NCBI GenBank assembly: GCA_004431415.1
Contig: QPMI01000044.1
Location: forward strand, 480,321-544,320
Origin: Cyanophora paradoxa CCMP329
Taxonomy: Eukaryota; Plantae; Glaucophyta
Direction: 5' to 3'
Length of the DNA stretch: 64,000 nt
Shown here: one piece after another, positions 33,376-48,100 of the stretch
Layout: each line of letters opens with the position of its first letter
How positions within the stretch are numbered: the stretch's first letter is position 1
Program-made: the position numbers and the translations under genes
The notes under the pieces: model-generated
The model's database searches: none
The model's input: only the letters and a program-made list of their open reading frames with translations
Told to the model about the DNA's origin: nothing

Positions 33376-35087
33376 TGCCGGCCCACTGCCGGGCAGTGAG
33401 TCCAGTGACATCGCGCGCGCCGAGTCGAGGGCCCGAGGGCCGAGGCACCAATTTCTACGCTAATTATAACCTTTCGAAAAACCCCCCCGGGAGCGCGACG
33501 GGAGCGCAAAGTACGACGTGCCGGGATAGCGGCGACCACTGGGCCCCCGCCGAGACCCTGGAGCGCGTCAGAAGACCTCCCCGGGCCCGCAGCCGCCCGC
33601 GCACCGAGAGGGCACCCGGGCAGATCCCGTCGATCGGCACTTCGAAATTCCCCCTCGCGATCTGGCCAGCCCCGGACCTTCTCGATAGCTTTCTTACACA
33701 GCCAGCGCAGCCGGCAACCCGACCCCCAGCCCGCGTATCTCCGCCCGCGCACTCAGAGCTAGATCGTCGACGTCGCGCGCGCGCACGCGGATCATCGGGC
33801 GGTTCGCTTATCGGGCGGATCATCGCGGTCATGATCAGCGCGGGCAAACGCGGGGTTCATGGCCGCTCGCGCTGCGGGAGCCCGCGGCCGACGCCTCCGG
33901 TCGACCTGCAGCTGCAGCTGCTCACGCGCGCGCGCGTACGATCCTGATCGACCGCCGGCGCCTCCTTCCGGTGGCAAACACTGGGGCTCTAGCCAGGACC
34001 TGCCGCGCAAACCCCTCGAGCTCCCCTGCAGCTGCTGCGCCCTCGCCGACACATCCCGCGTGCGCAGGCCACCGGCCGCGGCAACGATTGCAGCACGGGC
34101 GCGGGCGCACTGCGCGCGGCCTAGGCCTCTTCCGGTGCCGGCCTCGGCGCCGCTGTAACCGCCCTCGAGCTCGAGGCCGCGGTCCCTCGAGCGACGCGCC
34201 GCCGTCCTCGCAAACATCTCAGAGTCAAGAACAGGGAGCGATCCTTGCCCTGCTGCGCAAATTATTTGCCGAGTTCTAGGCCCTTGCCGACACGTCGCGC
34301 GCAGGCCACTGATCCGGGGCACGGGCGCGGGCGCTCGACGAGTCATCTGCATCGACCCCGTCATCGCGGCGCTCCACCCCCCCCGAGCTCGCCCCTATAT
34401 ATATCCCCCTGGCAAGCCCCTAGGCCCCTCCTCCGACCACGACCTAATAGCTGCGCGCGCCTCTCGCCGTTTCGTCACTATGAGCGCCGCATGCATGCCG
34501 CCCGCTGTCTGAGCATGTGGAACCGTGGCGGGGACGCTCGGAACCCTCGCACAAAGTAGTGCGGGGGGAGATTCCGACGGATCGGCCCGGCCCGCAGTCA
34601 GACATGGCAGCCTCCTCCATTCATGATCACTTGCTTGCACTTGAGCTGTACCTTCGCTGCCTGGGCCTTTCCCTCTCCCTATTGCGGGTCGACGTCTGGG
34701 ATCCGTTGCCGCGCATGCACCCCGCGGTATCCATATATAGGGGCTCCATCGATGCATCCCACTTCGCGGCCCTCTACACTCCCAAGCTCTATAGCTACCC
34801 CTCCACTCTTGAGCTAGCCTCGTAGCCTCCTCCGTACACTGCAGCTATCTCTACCTGTAGGGCGGCGCCCCGCCGACCGCCCATGTCTGTCGGCCTCCCC
34901 GGTCGCTTAGATAGGGGAGCGCCTTGAAAATACACTCGACCCCCGATGGGGGTCCCCTCCGTGAACCTTTCGAAAATTCGAACTCAGCAGCTTCGACCTG
35001 CAAAAGAAAGACCGGAATCTCTTAAGATTTAATAATCCTGTTTCATAAAATCATATCTGATCCTGTCCAACGGTCTTAAATTGTCTG

Positions 35088-35860
35088 CTGTATCTTTGAT
35101 TTGTGATTTGTTATCCTTAATATCACTACCTACGGGGGGTTCGCCCCACCGCGGGCCACCGGTACCGTAGTCTCTCAAAAAAACTTAAAATTGAATTAAA
35201 AACATGAGAATTCTCAAGCGGCAAGCGATAACTGTATAACTAGTTTATAATACTACCTGTTCACTTCACTACCGGCCCAGGCTGGGAATTTGAAACTCGG
35301 TCACCGGAGGCTGCCACTGGTAAGTTTTGAACACATTAGGACCAGTCCGAAGTACGGCTGGTGCGAGCCTAAAGGGAAAGAAAAAAGCAAAATCCTGCCA
35401 GCAATTTGGCTGACCAGTGCTGTAATTGCCTCTCTGATATATTCAGTCATAAAAAAATGCAGTCTTCCAGCCTGCATAGTACTGGGCTTCCACGTACCCG
35501 TGCATGGCTATGTATATATGTCCGAACACAGCTCAAAACATCGGTGGGGTACCTCAAAAACATTCGAGTTGAAATCGCTTACTACGGCGAATCGAGTCCA
35601 AAAGCCCCAGTCTGAAACTCAGGCGATTTTCTGATTGGTCAATTTACTACCTGTACCTGTACCCAGCTAGCAAACGGGGGGGGTGCGGGGGGGGCGGAGC
35701 CCCCCCTGCTTGTGAACAGGGTGCGCCAAAAAAAGCGCCGAAACCTGCCGATTTTGGCCAAATTCCAAGTCGGAGATCCGGCGTTTGTTAGCACACTCAA
35801 GTTCGTAAGTACTACCCCCCCCCCAGCGCTGTGGAATACGCGTACGCCCTCTAGTACTAC
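35088..35860. mobile_element. Probable non-autonomous repeat/transposon remnants
   Basis: ctgtatctttgatttgtga..acctacggggggtt at 35088-35141 recurs at 32510-32541. A G/C self-complementary motif ggggggcggagccccccc lies at ~35689-35706. No coding signature. Confidence 0.35.
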
Positions 35861-36175
35861 CGCAGTGCGTGACCCGGGGTGACTGACCCCCGCTTGCATT
35901 TCCCGCGGCGCATATGAAGCGCCGCGGACTTCTCGTAGTGTGGTGGCTTTTCGAATGTTTCAGGCCGTAAAGTAAGCCGGCACAGCTATCTATACTACAG
36001 CTAACGTAGTACGACAAGATCCTATAGCTAGCTCTGCTCGTCCTACGGTACGCTGCATGCCGCAGTGCTAAACCGACCATTATATGTACACAAGTTCCAT
36101 ATATACGTATACTTGCGCATTCGCTTACAGGTAAAGCTAGAAGATCTAGAAGACGCTATCGAAAGTTGCGCTACG

Positions 36176-39100
36176 TCACAGGTGGATGGCGACCGCAGCG
36201 GCTCTGCCATCGTCGCCCTTGGGGGGTGCCCTGCCTGCTCCTGCATTCGCCTGCTGCGGAGCGCCCAAGCCGGCAATAGCGCTCGAGCTGGAGCTGCCGG
36301 CCCCGCTCGAGGTCGAGCCCGAGAGATCGATGAGCCGGACGGGGAGGTTGGGGATGGGGAGCGCGGCGCCCGCGAGGTTGTAGGCGTAGCGGCTGCTGGG
36401 GCCGGCGCTGCCGACGGCGGGGCGTGCCGACGTTGACGCCGCCGCGGACAGTGGGAATGCAAAAGGCGGGAGGGTATGGGGCCGGGAGGGGCGGCCGCTG
36501 GGCCGGCCCGATGCATCCAACACGAAAGACGCCGGGGGCGACGGTCGCTGGGCCGACTTAGATCTGGAGGCCTCTCCAGTGCCGTCATCATCATAAATGT
36601 CGATCAGGCCCTCAATTTGTCCGAAGCTATTGCTTCGCCTTCGGTTCATTCGGGCCTCTGCACGCGCGGATTTTGCGGGCCTCGTGGGTGTGCCCGAATT
36701 CGAGCTCAGCGAGACGACATGTACAGTGGCTGGGTGTGGTCTGTCCGCGACATCTCCGTGGGAGCGAGGCTGCATCTCTACTTTTGGATGCGCTGTCAAC
36801 GGCTCGCTTGCGACCGATCCGTCGACGACGGAGTCTTCTCCTGCATCGGCGTCGCGGCGCGGCTTCTGCGTTTCGCATTAGATTGGAGCTTTGAAGTGCA
36901 TCATTTCATTTTCATGCGATAAGAGGGAGCGGTCGCTCATCACCTTGACGAAGTATCGCGCGGTGAGGAATGCGACTGCAATCTGGCCTCCGACCTGCCG
37001 CGAGCCGCTTTGTCAGCCGTGGACGAGCCGCAATCGCGAGATGGTTGCCATCGCAGTTGAGACGCGCGCACGGCGATGGCGGTCTGCGTGAGGGACGACA
37101 GGTCTGCCAGCATATCGGCCACCGTGGCCTTCACCTTACGGTACACCTGCGGCAGGGCGCGTCAACACGAGTGACGCGCCGTCGACCCGCGAGCGGCTGG
37201 AGGCGAGCGCGCCATGACGTAAATGTTGTCGATGTTGAAGAGGACGCGGAAGGCGACCGACTCTCCAGCACACTCCGGGTCGGAGAGCGGTTTCGTGAAC
37301 GAGCAGAGGGCCTGTTATTATTGCAGTTAACGTTGGGCCGGAACGACGTGAGAAGAATATAAATATTAATGTGGTGAAAGTCAAAGGAGATCCACACGCA
37401 CGAAGGATCCCTCGCCCTTCTCGGCCGCGCGGTTGTCAGCTGGACGCAGGGCCGCGTCGTACCGTGGCGTCCCGTCGCGCTCGTCCTGTAACGCGCGCGC
37501 CTCATCGTCAGATGCATGCGCGCAAAACTGCAGCACGGGCACAAGCAACCGTGACGTTCAGACCTCAAAGTGCAGCGGAAATAGGGACACGGGGACGGTG
37601 ACCGGGAGCGTGCCGCGGAAGACGGAGAACTCGGCTTGCGAGGAGGGCACGATCACGCCCTCGATGGAGAGGTTCGACGGGACCTGCTTCGCGCATCAGG
37701 GAACGCAACAACCTAGCTTCATGCAAAGACGAACGTGGATGGCATAATTGATGGCGACCGCAAACGCGAGGCGCGATACTAGGCGGAAGTCGACTGTCAC
37801 GTTGCTGGCCGCCAAGAGACGGCATTGTTTGCACCGCCAGGTCACTCTGCGCGCACGCATGAGGAATCACATTAGTACAGCTGTTGCGTGCACGTCGAGG
37901 CATGAACGGACAAGCAAGTACGGCGTGCAGCGATGAAGCTCGTTTCAGCAACTGGCTCGGGCGAGCCATCGACGGGCCCGATGCCAGAAACGAACACGTC
38001 GACACCGGCGCGCCCGTCAAAGCGGGAAAGCGATGCGTTGCCGGAGCTCTCTGCGGCTCGTTTCACAATCTGGCAGGGACCTGCGCAACCGGTCATGATT
38101 AGACGCTCTTCGAATCCAACAAAAACAAAGCAGAAAAAACTCCAAGTTCACCGGCAAATCCAGCAAAGGAGGCCGTGACGTTCAGAGGGCCGGCGATGCT
38201 GGCGGCCGACGGCGAGGCCCCCGGCTGGAGCGTCTGGATGATACTGAAGTTCGCGATGGACTGGGCATGCGCACGAATGCCGGGCGGTCAGAGCCCACGC
38301 ATTGCAGCATGGCCCATCTCGAATTCGAAGCGCACAAATTGCAGGAGAACGTAGCCGGCTGCGATGGCGGCGAGACCGATGCCGATCATCGTGAAGACGA
38401 CGCCGTAGCGAGTCTTCTGGTTTTCCTCTTCGTCCTCCGCCGCTTCCTCTTCTTCCGTTTTTGCGGACACGCTCTTCGCTCCACCTTTTACTTCCTCGCG
38501 CTTAGCCGCGATGAGATCGGTGTACAGCCGGTCGAGCTTGAGGATCTGTCGACCGAGACGTTGGCGGCGGAATTGAGCTTGAAAGAAGGCAAAGCGCCCG
38601 CGTACGTGCTCAAATCGACGATTCTTGCGCTCTTTGCGCTCGAGCTTCCGCTCCGAAGGAGCAGCCAGCGGAATCTATGCGGGGGCAGGTTAGCGTAGAG
38701 CTTCGTACAACCAAATGCATCGAGTGCACCTTTAAATACGAGTAGAGGCAGACGCCGGCAAGGATGAGCAGGACTCCAGTGCACGCCACCAGCACCGCGA
38801 AAATCTGTGCACGGTACGAATTTATTTTCCAGGCCTAGGAGGCGTTCTGCTCTCTGGACAACTCCGCACCAGGTAAAGGCGCTGATTCGCGACCTCCTCG
38901 GTGCGGATTTCCTGCCGAGTCATTCGATTCATGGCGTTTGACGATGTAACTCTAGATCTGGGCCACGCACGGGTCGGAGGATGGTGGCCGAATTCGTGTC
39001 GTATCTGCGCATGCGAATCGTATTGTTAAGAAGCACATGTCATGCATTTGAATCACAGAATTTCCAGAATATTAAGAGGTGAATTTCGCACGTCACGTTC

Positions 39101-42100
39101 TCGCTTATGAATGACATCACGCTGTCCTCGCTTGTGATCCGCCTGAAAAAGTCCCCAGCAGCCATCAGCCTTCGCGTGCCCAGCAGGCCCCGCCGCTGGG
39201 TCCCTCCTGGCTGCGCAGGCTCCGCTCCCGCTGTCTCGCGGCCGGCGGCGAGGGCTTCGGAGATGGTCTGCGAAATGAACTTCTTGAAATCGGATATGTC
39301 GATTGGCTCCGACGTCGCGATTGGGCACAGCTGCGTCGACGAGCACGGCGTGCAGGTCGTGGACCCCGCGGCAGCCGCAAACGTGCCGGACGGGCTGCAG
39401 ATCCCGGGTTCAAATCCGCTCATTAGCATCCAGGTGCTGGAAAGTAAAGCCGCACGTACCAGGGCTCGCAGTAGGCCAGCGTCGCGTTTCGGAAGGTGCC
39501 TTTCGCGCAGACCTGCCGTCGCTATGTTGGCGCCGGAGAAACGGAAACGAGTCAAGCACCACAGCGCACCTCGCAGAACGTCTGAGACTCGTCCGACTGA
39601 GTGAAAAAATAATGACGCTCGTTAGTGAAACGAACAAAGACGCTGCGAGGAAATGTAACCCACCACAGTGCCCTCCAAACTGCGCAAAGTATCAGCTTGT
39701 GGGCGAAACCAGGTCGAATGCAGAGCGGGCTCAAAGCTCACCACGACATACATCCCGTGGAGCCCGCTTGCGAGATCGTGTTCACGGGGCACGGAAGGCA
39801 GACGTCGCTGTTCGCAGGCAGGTACATGGACGACGGGCACGGGATACACCGCGTGCGGCTCTCGTCCGAGATTGATCCAGCAGCGCAGCGGGTGCAAGTG
39901 GCATCTGCGGCGCAGATTCAGGATTGCGTCCAAGCAGCTTAACGGCGGATCGGAAGAGCGAACCACTAGCGCGTGAGGTAGTCAGAGGCGGGCACGAAAC
40001 GCAAACGCCCTTGCTGGGGTACGTTCCAGCCTCGCAATCTGCAATGAAAGGTTCGGGATTGCCAAGTTCGAAGAATTCTAAGCAGCAGCTTCTCACCCCT
40101 GCAGTCCGCGCGGTCTTCGCGTGGCACCTTTCCCGACGGACTGCTCCCAATGTGAGCAGAATGGAGGTGGTTTGATAGAGAGCTCTTATGAAGTTCGTAG
40201 AAACTTCGGATCGAGACGCACCACTGCTCGCACTCGCCGTTGCCTGGGGCCCGCGAGACGGTTCCAGGGCCACAGGGAATGCACCCCGTACTGTTGCTGT
40301 CCAGCGGCCTGTAGAAACCCTGCGAACGAAGTACAATGTTACTTTAGCAGCCCCGCACACTGTACACTTTTGAGGTCGCACCAGTGCGCAGGGCTCGCAG
40401 ACGCGGCGGTTCGCCGACGAAGTGTACCCCGCTCCGCACGGGCTACACTCGAATGCCGTTCCTGGATCGGGTGCAATAAAGGTCTCGGGACACTTGAGCA
40501 CGCCAAGTCAGTTTATGTCACTGGGAAATTAGAGGGAGAGCGATGCACACTCGTAAGCAGGTCTGCGTGCCCTCCGGCATGAATGTGCCTGGCGTGCACG
40601 GAATGCACTCGGTAGAATCTTCGGAAGCGTACGAGCCGGGCTCGCAGAGCTGACACGCCTGCGAGCCTGCTGGCGCCCAGGTCCCGATCCGGCATGGCAG
40701 GCAGATGTTCATGTTCCGCGGCTTGAACGTGCCCGCTTGGCATGGATTGCAGCGCGTGCTACGAAAGAGAGTGTCGGTCACAAACAGCCGATCGTAAACG
40801 AGATAAGAGCGCAAGCAATCTTCGCTTACCGGTCGGCGTTGGAGATCTCGCCAGGACCACATGCTGTGCACGCGACAAGTCCTCGCTCCTCTGCGATGGT
40901 TCCCTCCTCGCAGAGCCGGCAGGTCCGCGTGCCGTTGGCCTCCATATATCCAGCGGGGCACGGCACGCAGGTCACGCGATCGTCGGAGGACTGCGTCCCC
41001 GGAGGGCTGCGAGACGGATTCAAAATATCGATACACGTGAAGGCATGGCAGGAAGAGAGGGCGTATGCAAACCACAGATCGCATTCGGCACGGCCAGGCG
41101 CGTTGGAGTAATAACCATTCGAACAAGAGAGGCACGTGCTGCTGTTTGCAGGCCTCGCTGTACCGCTCGGGCACGGTGTGCACTCCTGGTGCGTCTCGTC
41201 CGCAACGGACCCGGGCTCGCTGTGCAAATGCGTTAGTGATAGAGCAATAGACAGTGCAAAGAAGATAAACAGTCTCATGGCTCACCATTCCTGGCAGGAG
41301 AACATTCCCAGAAGGGGAGCGTACATGTTTCCAATGCAGTCACGGCACCGCCACTCCTTCTCGTATGTGCCCCGAGGGCACGAGAGGCAAGTCGCGAGAT
41401 CGTCGCTCGGGACCGTGCCCCTCGCGCAGATGGTGTAGTTGCTCGACGCGGCCGGGGCCACTGACCCCACCGGCACTCGCTGGCACGACACCATCGGAGC
41501 GTGCCTGTAGTATCCCACCATGCACGCTGCTCGTGCTCGCCGTCAGCGTGCACTTATTCTTCCGGCAGAGCGCAACGCACGCATGCAGCTCTGCCTGTCC
41601 GCCGCGGCCTCGTAGCCCTCCGGGCACGTCTCGCACTGGTCCTTCCCAGGGTCTGACGTGATGGTGTTCGGCGGGCAAGGCAGGCACTGGTCCTCCAGCT
41701 GGTAGCTCCCCGCGCGGCATTCGACACAGTCCGACCGGATCGTTGATGGCACTTGCCCGTTGCCGCATATTTCGTAGACCGCAGAGCCCTGCATGGCGGC
41801 GGCGCGGGCTGGAACAGGGGTGCACTGGGACATGTCCGCGGCGCGGTAGGTGCCAAATGGGCACGGCTCGCAGGACTGCTGGTCGGCCGAAGCAGCGTAG
41901 CCCGGTGCACAGGGTGAGCACCAAGCTGCTCCGACAGTGCTCACGATGGAGTTCAGCGGGCACTGCAGGCAGCTGTCCTCGAGCTGGTACTGGCCTGCAG
42001 CACGCATTAATGCAGGTTTGCGAAAGACTTCCAAGGGAACAGTTGTTTGCTCGCCTGCAGGGCACGGGACGCAGGTCGCCTTGATCCCATCCGGGACGTG

Positions 42101-45100
42101 CCCGCTTGCGCACACGGTGTATGCCGACGACCCCTGCATGGCGGCGGCGCGCTTCGGGACGGGGGAGCAGACGGTCATGCGTGCGTTCCGCCATGTTCCC
42201 GTTGGGCACGGCTCGCAGTTCTGTGCATCTGCCGAAGCGATCGTGCCTGTGCTACAAAGGCTGCAGACAAACGATCCAGGTGCCGATGCGATGTGGTTGA
42301 TCGCGCAGGGCAGACAGCTGTCCCCAACCTGCCGCAATCCTGCGCAAGGCAATTTTAATGGGACGTCTATGTCAGCAGCAGTTTCCTCGAGAGATTCGAA
42401 AAGTGCACCGGCGGGGCAGGCGATGCAGGAAGCTTTGGTGCCATCTGGAATAAATCCGGGATTGCAGAGCGTGTAGTTGGCAGAGCCCTCGAGGGCCACC
42501 GCTCGCGAAGGTGCACGGTTGCAGACGGGCATTACACCATGCCGATACGAGCCTGATCGCACCGCAGCTGCAGCGTTAGAAAACAACGAAAGAAAGTGTA
42601 CATGCCCCCCATAAACAATCCAAATGTACTACAAGCATGCTCACCGACAGGACATTTGAAGCACAGGCGCCGATCCGCCGATGCGTACTCGCCATCCGGA
42701 CACGCCGTGCAATTGGTTGAGCCTTCGAACGCTGCGACCTCGTTCTGTCCGCACGGGATGCACTCCCCTGCCCCCTGAGACTCCGCGGTCCCGCCGCGGC
42801 AAGGCACGCACGACTGCTCCGATGTCATTCTAGTGAAGCGGGCCTCTGGGAGGGGCATTGTACCAGGCGGTCCGGCGGCGACACGAAGCCGGGCTCGCAT
42901 TTCTTGCAGCCAGTGCCGTCAGGCGATGCGTGGTCTGGGGCGAGCACCGTGTATAAGAGGGCGCATCGGCCAAATGATAAGGGGTCCGAGATGGAATCTA
43001 GAAAAGCTGAATGGGATTTTGAATACCATTCTCGCAAACGAGACAGATGCTTGCATTTGAAGGCTTTCCGTATCCAGGCCTGAGGAAAAATGCTACTCTG
43101 TATACGAGCAGACAGCTCTGCCAAAGGCCTCATACCTGCACCACATGCACCCGTCTTGCTTCTCATTCGGGATTTGGCCCTGGAACAGAAGCCAAAGTCA
43201 TAATTTGAAAGCAAGAGTAGAAGTTCGATCAAGATCTGCATTGGTTAGGAAGCACTTGCGCGTTTGCGTACCGCTGGGCACTCTTCGCATTCTCCGAACT
43301 GCTTTCGTTCGGAGAAGAGCGCAGCGGGGCAGCGTTCGCAGCCGCTACTCCGGTCGGGCTGGTAGTATCCTGGCTCGCTGTGGAAACTTGATGCGTAAAT
43401 GCACATGCACAGCCGTGACAATTGCGTGCAATGAGTTCGAACCATGCTGTACACTGCTGGCGCGTCGCATCCGCAACTGTTCCAGGCTCACTGTGCACGT
43501 GAGACACGTAAGAAACAGCCTCGAATCTTCATGAAGCGCATCATGCATGTCAGAATAAATTTAATGTGGGCAAACCAGTCGATGCAACTTGTCATCGTCA
43601 AGTTGGGCGCGATGGAGTTGCCTGCATACATCGAGCAAGTGTCACAAAACATGACGCGCAAAAGACATCGAACAAGCCCGCACCAATGCAGTCGCGGCAC
43701 CGCCACTCCTTCTCGTATGTGCCCCGAGGACACGAGAGGCACGTTGCGAGGTCGTCGCTCGGGACCGTGCCCCTCGCGCAGACAGTGTAATTCCTGGACG
43801 CGGCTGGGGCCACTGACCCCACCGGCACTCGCTGGCACGACACCATCGGGGCGTGCCTGTAGTACCCCGCCAAGCACGCTGCATGCGATTCCCGTCAGCG
43901 TGCGTTCATCCTCCGTACAGAATGCAAGCAGCGCACGTGTGCAGCTCTGCCTGTCCGCCGCGGCATCGTAGCCCTCCGGGCACGTCTCGCACTGGTCCTT
44001 CCCGGGGTCTGACGTGATCGTGTTTGGCGGGCACGGCAGGCACTGGTCCTCCAGCTGGTAGCTCCCCGCGCGGCATTCAACACAGTCTGATCGGATCGCT
44101 GACGGCACTTTTCCGCTGCCGCACACTTCGTAGACCGCGGAGCCCTGCTTGGCAGCGGCGCGAGCCGGGACGGGGGTGCATTGGGACATGTCCGCGGCGC
44201 GGTAGGTGCCGAATGGGCACGGCTCGCAGGACTGTTGATCAGAAGAGGCCACGTTGCCTGCTGCGCATGGGGTGCACTGCGCTGCTCCGATGGTGCTCAC
44301 GATGGAGTTCAGCGGGCACTGCAGGCAGCTGTCCTCGAGTTGAAATAGGCCTGCAGCACGCGTAAACGCAGGTTTGCAAAAGATATCCAAAGTAACAGCT
44401 GTCTAGATCTGCTCGCCTGCAGGGCACGGGACGCAGGTGGCCTTGGTCCCATCCGGGACGTGCCCGCTTGTGCAAACAGTGTACGCCGACGAGCCCTGCA
44501 TGGCGGCGGAGCGCTTTGGGACGGGGGTGCAGACGGTCATGTTTGCGTCCCGCCACGTCCCCACGGGGCACGGCTCGCAGGACTGCGCGTCTGCCGAGGC
44601 GACGTAGCCTGCTGCGCACGGCGCGCATTCGACCGTCCCAGCCGATGGAGCTATCGTATTCAACGGGCATGGGTAGCAGTCATCGCCGCTCTGGTAGGAG
44701 CCTGTGTGCAGCCGAGCAACGCGAATGAGAATGCGAGAATGCACGCGAGCAACATTTGCTCGCTCACCGCCTCGGCATGGCGTGCATGTGGCTTTCGTGC
44801 CATCAGGGACAAAGCCAGGTAGGCAAGCCGTGTAGTTGGAAGAACCGATGCGCGCAACAGCTCGAACAGACACGGCTTCGCAATTAGCCATCGCCCCATG
44901 CCGGTACGTGCCTACCGAAATCAAGCAGGATGTCAATAACATACAAGGAAGCCCAGAACTAGATAAGAAAGATATGCTGACCAGCTGGGCAGTCGAAGCA
45001 CAGTCGCTGGTCCGCTGATGCGTACTTGCCATCCGGGCACGCGGTGCAGTTTGAAGACGCCTCGAAAGGGGCGACCTCGTTCTGCGCGCACGGAAGGCAC

Positions 45101-48100
45101 TCCCCAGGGCGCCCGTATTCCGCGGTGCCGCCACGGCATGGCAGGCAGGCCTGCAGAAATACCCGCGGTGAGCGAGAAGTTTGATTAGGGCAACACTGAT
45201 CCTGAAGATTGGGAAGCACCGGGTACCTTTCTATCAGGCTGTGAGACATAGCCGGGACCACACTTTTCGCAGCCCTTGCCATCCGGGGATGCGTAATCTA
45301 TCAGAAACCCGATACGTTAGAAGACATAACTTCCATCATGCGCGTATTATATGCTGACCTTCATCGCACGACAAACAGACGGCCTCGTTCGGTGGAGCGC
45401 CGAAACCCGGGCGGCACCACGTGCATCCGTCCTGCTTGTCCGTCGTGACTTGCCCCTGCTCGTGCATGAGCCAGTTGATCATGATTTCTTCGAACATCAC
45501 GTAAAGAAAAGTGCGATTACCGGCGGGCAAGTGTTGCAGGGGCCGAAGTGCTCCGCCTCAGCCCACGTGCCGGGGAGACACGCCTCGCACGGCCGGAGCT
45601 CCGCAGGCTGATGCGTCCCCGGCGCGCTGCACGTGCACGTGCCCAGTCACAAGTAATTTGGAGACTGAAACGTTCGAAGCCACATGAGTGCTCACCAAGG
45701 TGCGCAGTTGGTCAAGTCTGGCGTGGGGTACGACCCGTTCGAGCCTGTGATGCACTAAGCCGCCGAGCGCAATTGAGAAGTACATGCAGTACAGAGGAGA
45801 CGCACAGCTTGAGCACGAATCGAGCGCGCCGCCCATGCTGTACTTGTTCGACGGACATGAAACACACGCGAGAGGCACTCGCTGGAGATATGTCCCGGGG
45901 AAGCTGAATTCAGAAATGGCAGTCAGAATTGCAGACAAGACCAGCAGTACATAGAACACGAACCAGGGTACACACTGGAACGTCCATTTGGCCTATAGAG
46001 GATAAAAGATCAGTACGGAAAAGCCATTCGGATGTCATTCTGTCATCTAACGTACCGAGGGTGTGAAAAGATTCTCAGCGCAAGGCGTGCACGGGTCGCC
46101 CGCTTTCATGGCAAAAGTGTGCTGTGGGCAGTCTGCCGAGAGCGGTTGAGCATGACAATCGGGATGCAAGTTTGATGCACAGCTGGAGGCTGAGCACCGT
46201 AGCAAGCCGAAGCGCCGAGGTCCGAAGACGTTCCAGCGCTGCACGTGGTGCATTCCGTGGCCCCCGCACCGCTGAATGTGCCGCTCGGGCAGCTGTCGCG
46301 GAAAGCTGAATCAGAGCGCGGCCGACGAGCCAGTCACAGTCGAAGGGCAGGAGTTGGCGCGCACAGTTCGGCATCTTCGTCGAGTAAAAGGCCTTCTCGC
46401 GGCGAGTAGCGCCCTGGCGAACAAAACCTGAGTCAGCCAGCACGCAAGGCAACGCAAGGGCCATTTTCGTCTAACTAGAGCACCGGCAGGCAAGTCGACG
46501 CAGAGATCGGCGATAGCGACAGAGCGGTTGAAGAGTGCAGCCTGGGGAAAAATTAGGCGATCTGAGCCAGCCCTATGCCGCGGCCAATCCCTCACCTCCC
46601 AGTTCCACCTGGTTCCTGGTTTGCATCGCGAGTGCAGCTTAATAACGTACGCCGGCTCGGAAACGACGAAAACCACCTGACCACCGAATCAGTCTTTGAT
46701 AATTTGCGAAAATGTTGTGTGAACACTGATCATAGGCCGCACCCAAGGGAGTTCGGAGAAAGGGATGCTTGGGTCGTTCTCGAACATCCGACCGCTGGAG
46801 TAGTCGTCGACAACTGTTGCGTACAATACGTTCGCCTGAATGACACGTCAGTCGCAATCGATCGAGGCAGGGAGATGCCGCGAACCGGGAAGTTTGATAC
46901 GATCGTGTTCACTTTCACAGTCGCATTGCTGAATGGTCCACTGGCGTCCACGTTCTCAAGGCGGATGAGCCGCGAGCCCGGGGCTCGCTCAGTAGCCCTC
47001 TTCATTCGGCGGCTGTGCACGTATTGCGGGCGCGTCTCGCGGTCCGACGCGAACGTAAAGACACGCGTATTCGCCTGCGTGTGAACCTCCTGCACAACGC
47101 TGCAGCGAAAAGATTCTTAGATGTGACGAGTCGCGAAGCAAGCAACCGGCGAAACACGCACTACAGGTTGCCGTCCTTGTATACAGCAGTAGCCACCTGC
47201 AAGGTTGTGTATTTCAGCTCATCTGCTGACAGCATGCAAAGCTCAGCGACCGGGCGGCACGCATACCGAAGTCCACTCCTGCCTCGTGCCGCGCCAGTCC
47301 GCGGTCTTATAAATTCGAATGCTGCCGTCGATGTTGGCTGCCGGGCCGGCCATCCCGCTCTGGAAGGCGTTCGCCTTGCGGACGCGAGTGACGCGGTCGC
47401 CGGTGACCAGAAGCTGTACTTCGAATTGGGCGGGTCGACCCAGCGGCCCTCGAGATACCCGTGGCCGTATCCAGCGTGGAGCGGGCGCTCGTTTTGAACC
47501 TGCTCGCAAGGTCAAAGCATGATTCTCCCCTCGCAAATTCTTAAGCAAATGAGCACAATCCAGTGGTCTGCGAGCGCGAGCTGCTCGGAGCGGAGGACCC
47601 GCGGCGCCGTGTGCGTGAAGACGGCCGTGCGGTACGTGGACGGAGCAGGGAAAGAGGGGTTGAAGCTCCGCACGCCGACGGGTGCATTCACAAAGCGTGA
47701 CGGGTCGACTTCCCACGTGAACATGGCAATCACGTGTGCGACAGCGCGCGCTCTGCAGATGCCCGACACAAGCAAAACGGGGCATGCCCCAGCGACCGAT
47801 GCGTTGGGGAAGAACGGAATCCTGAGGCGAGTTGAATACCGAAGGCGGGCAAGGTGGTTGCGCATATCGTCGAGGCGCACCGAACGATGGCGTGGTACAG
47901 AATCGGTCCTCCGTCGGCAATGCGCCCGTCGGCGTGCACAGCCTGCACAGAGGCCCCCACAGGGAACGAGTCGGCAAAGAAGGCGCTGTTCTCTTCCGGC
48001 CACCTGACGCAGGCGATCAATCGGATGGCGACTGAGTGAGAGCGAGCGGATACAAAAGACGCACGGGACGCTCTTATAGACCGACTCGGCGGAGGTGGTG

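Noticed and set aside
33420-35634. Transposase or other gene in the right half of the spacer (e.g. ORFs 33201..33947 and 35290..35634)
   Set aside because: No DDE, RT, HUH or zinc-finger motifs and no consistent exon chain could be built.
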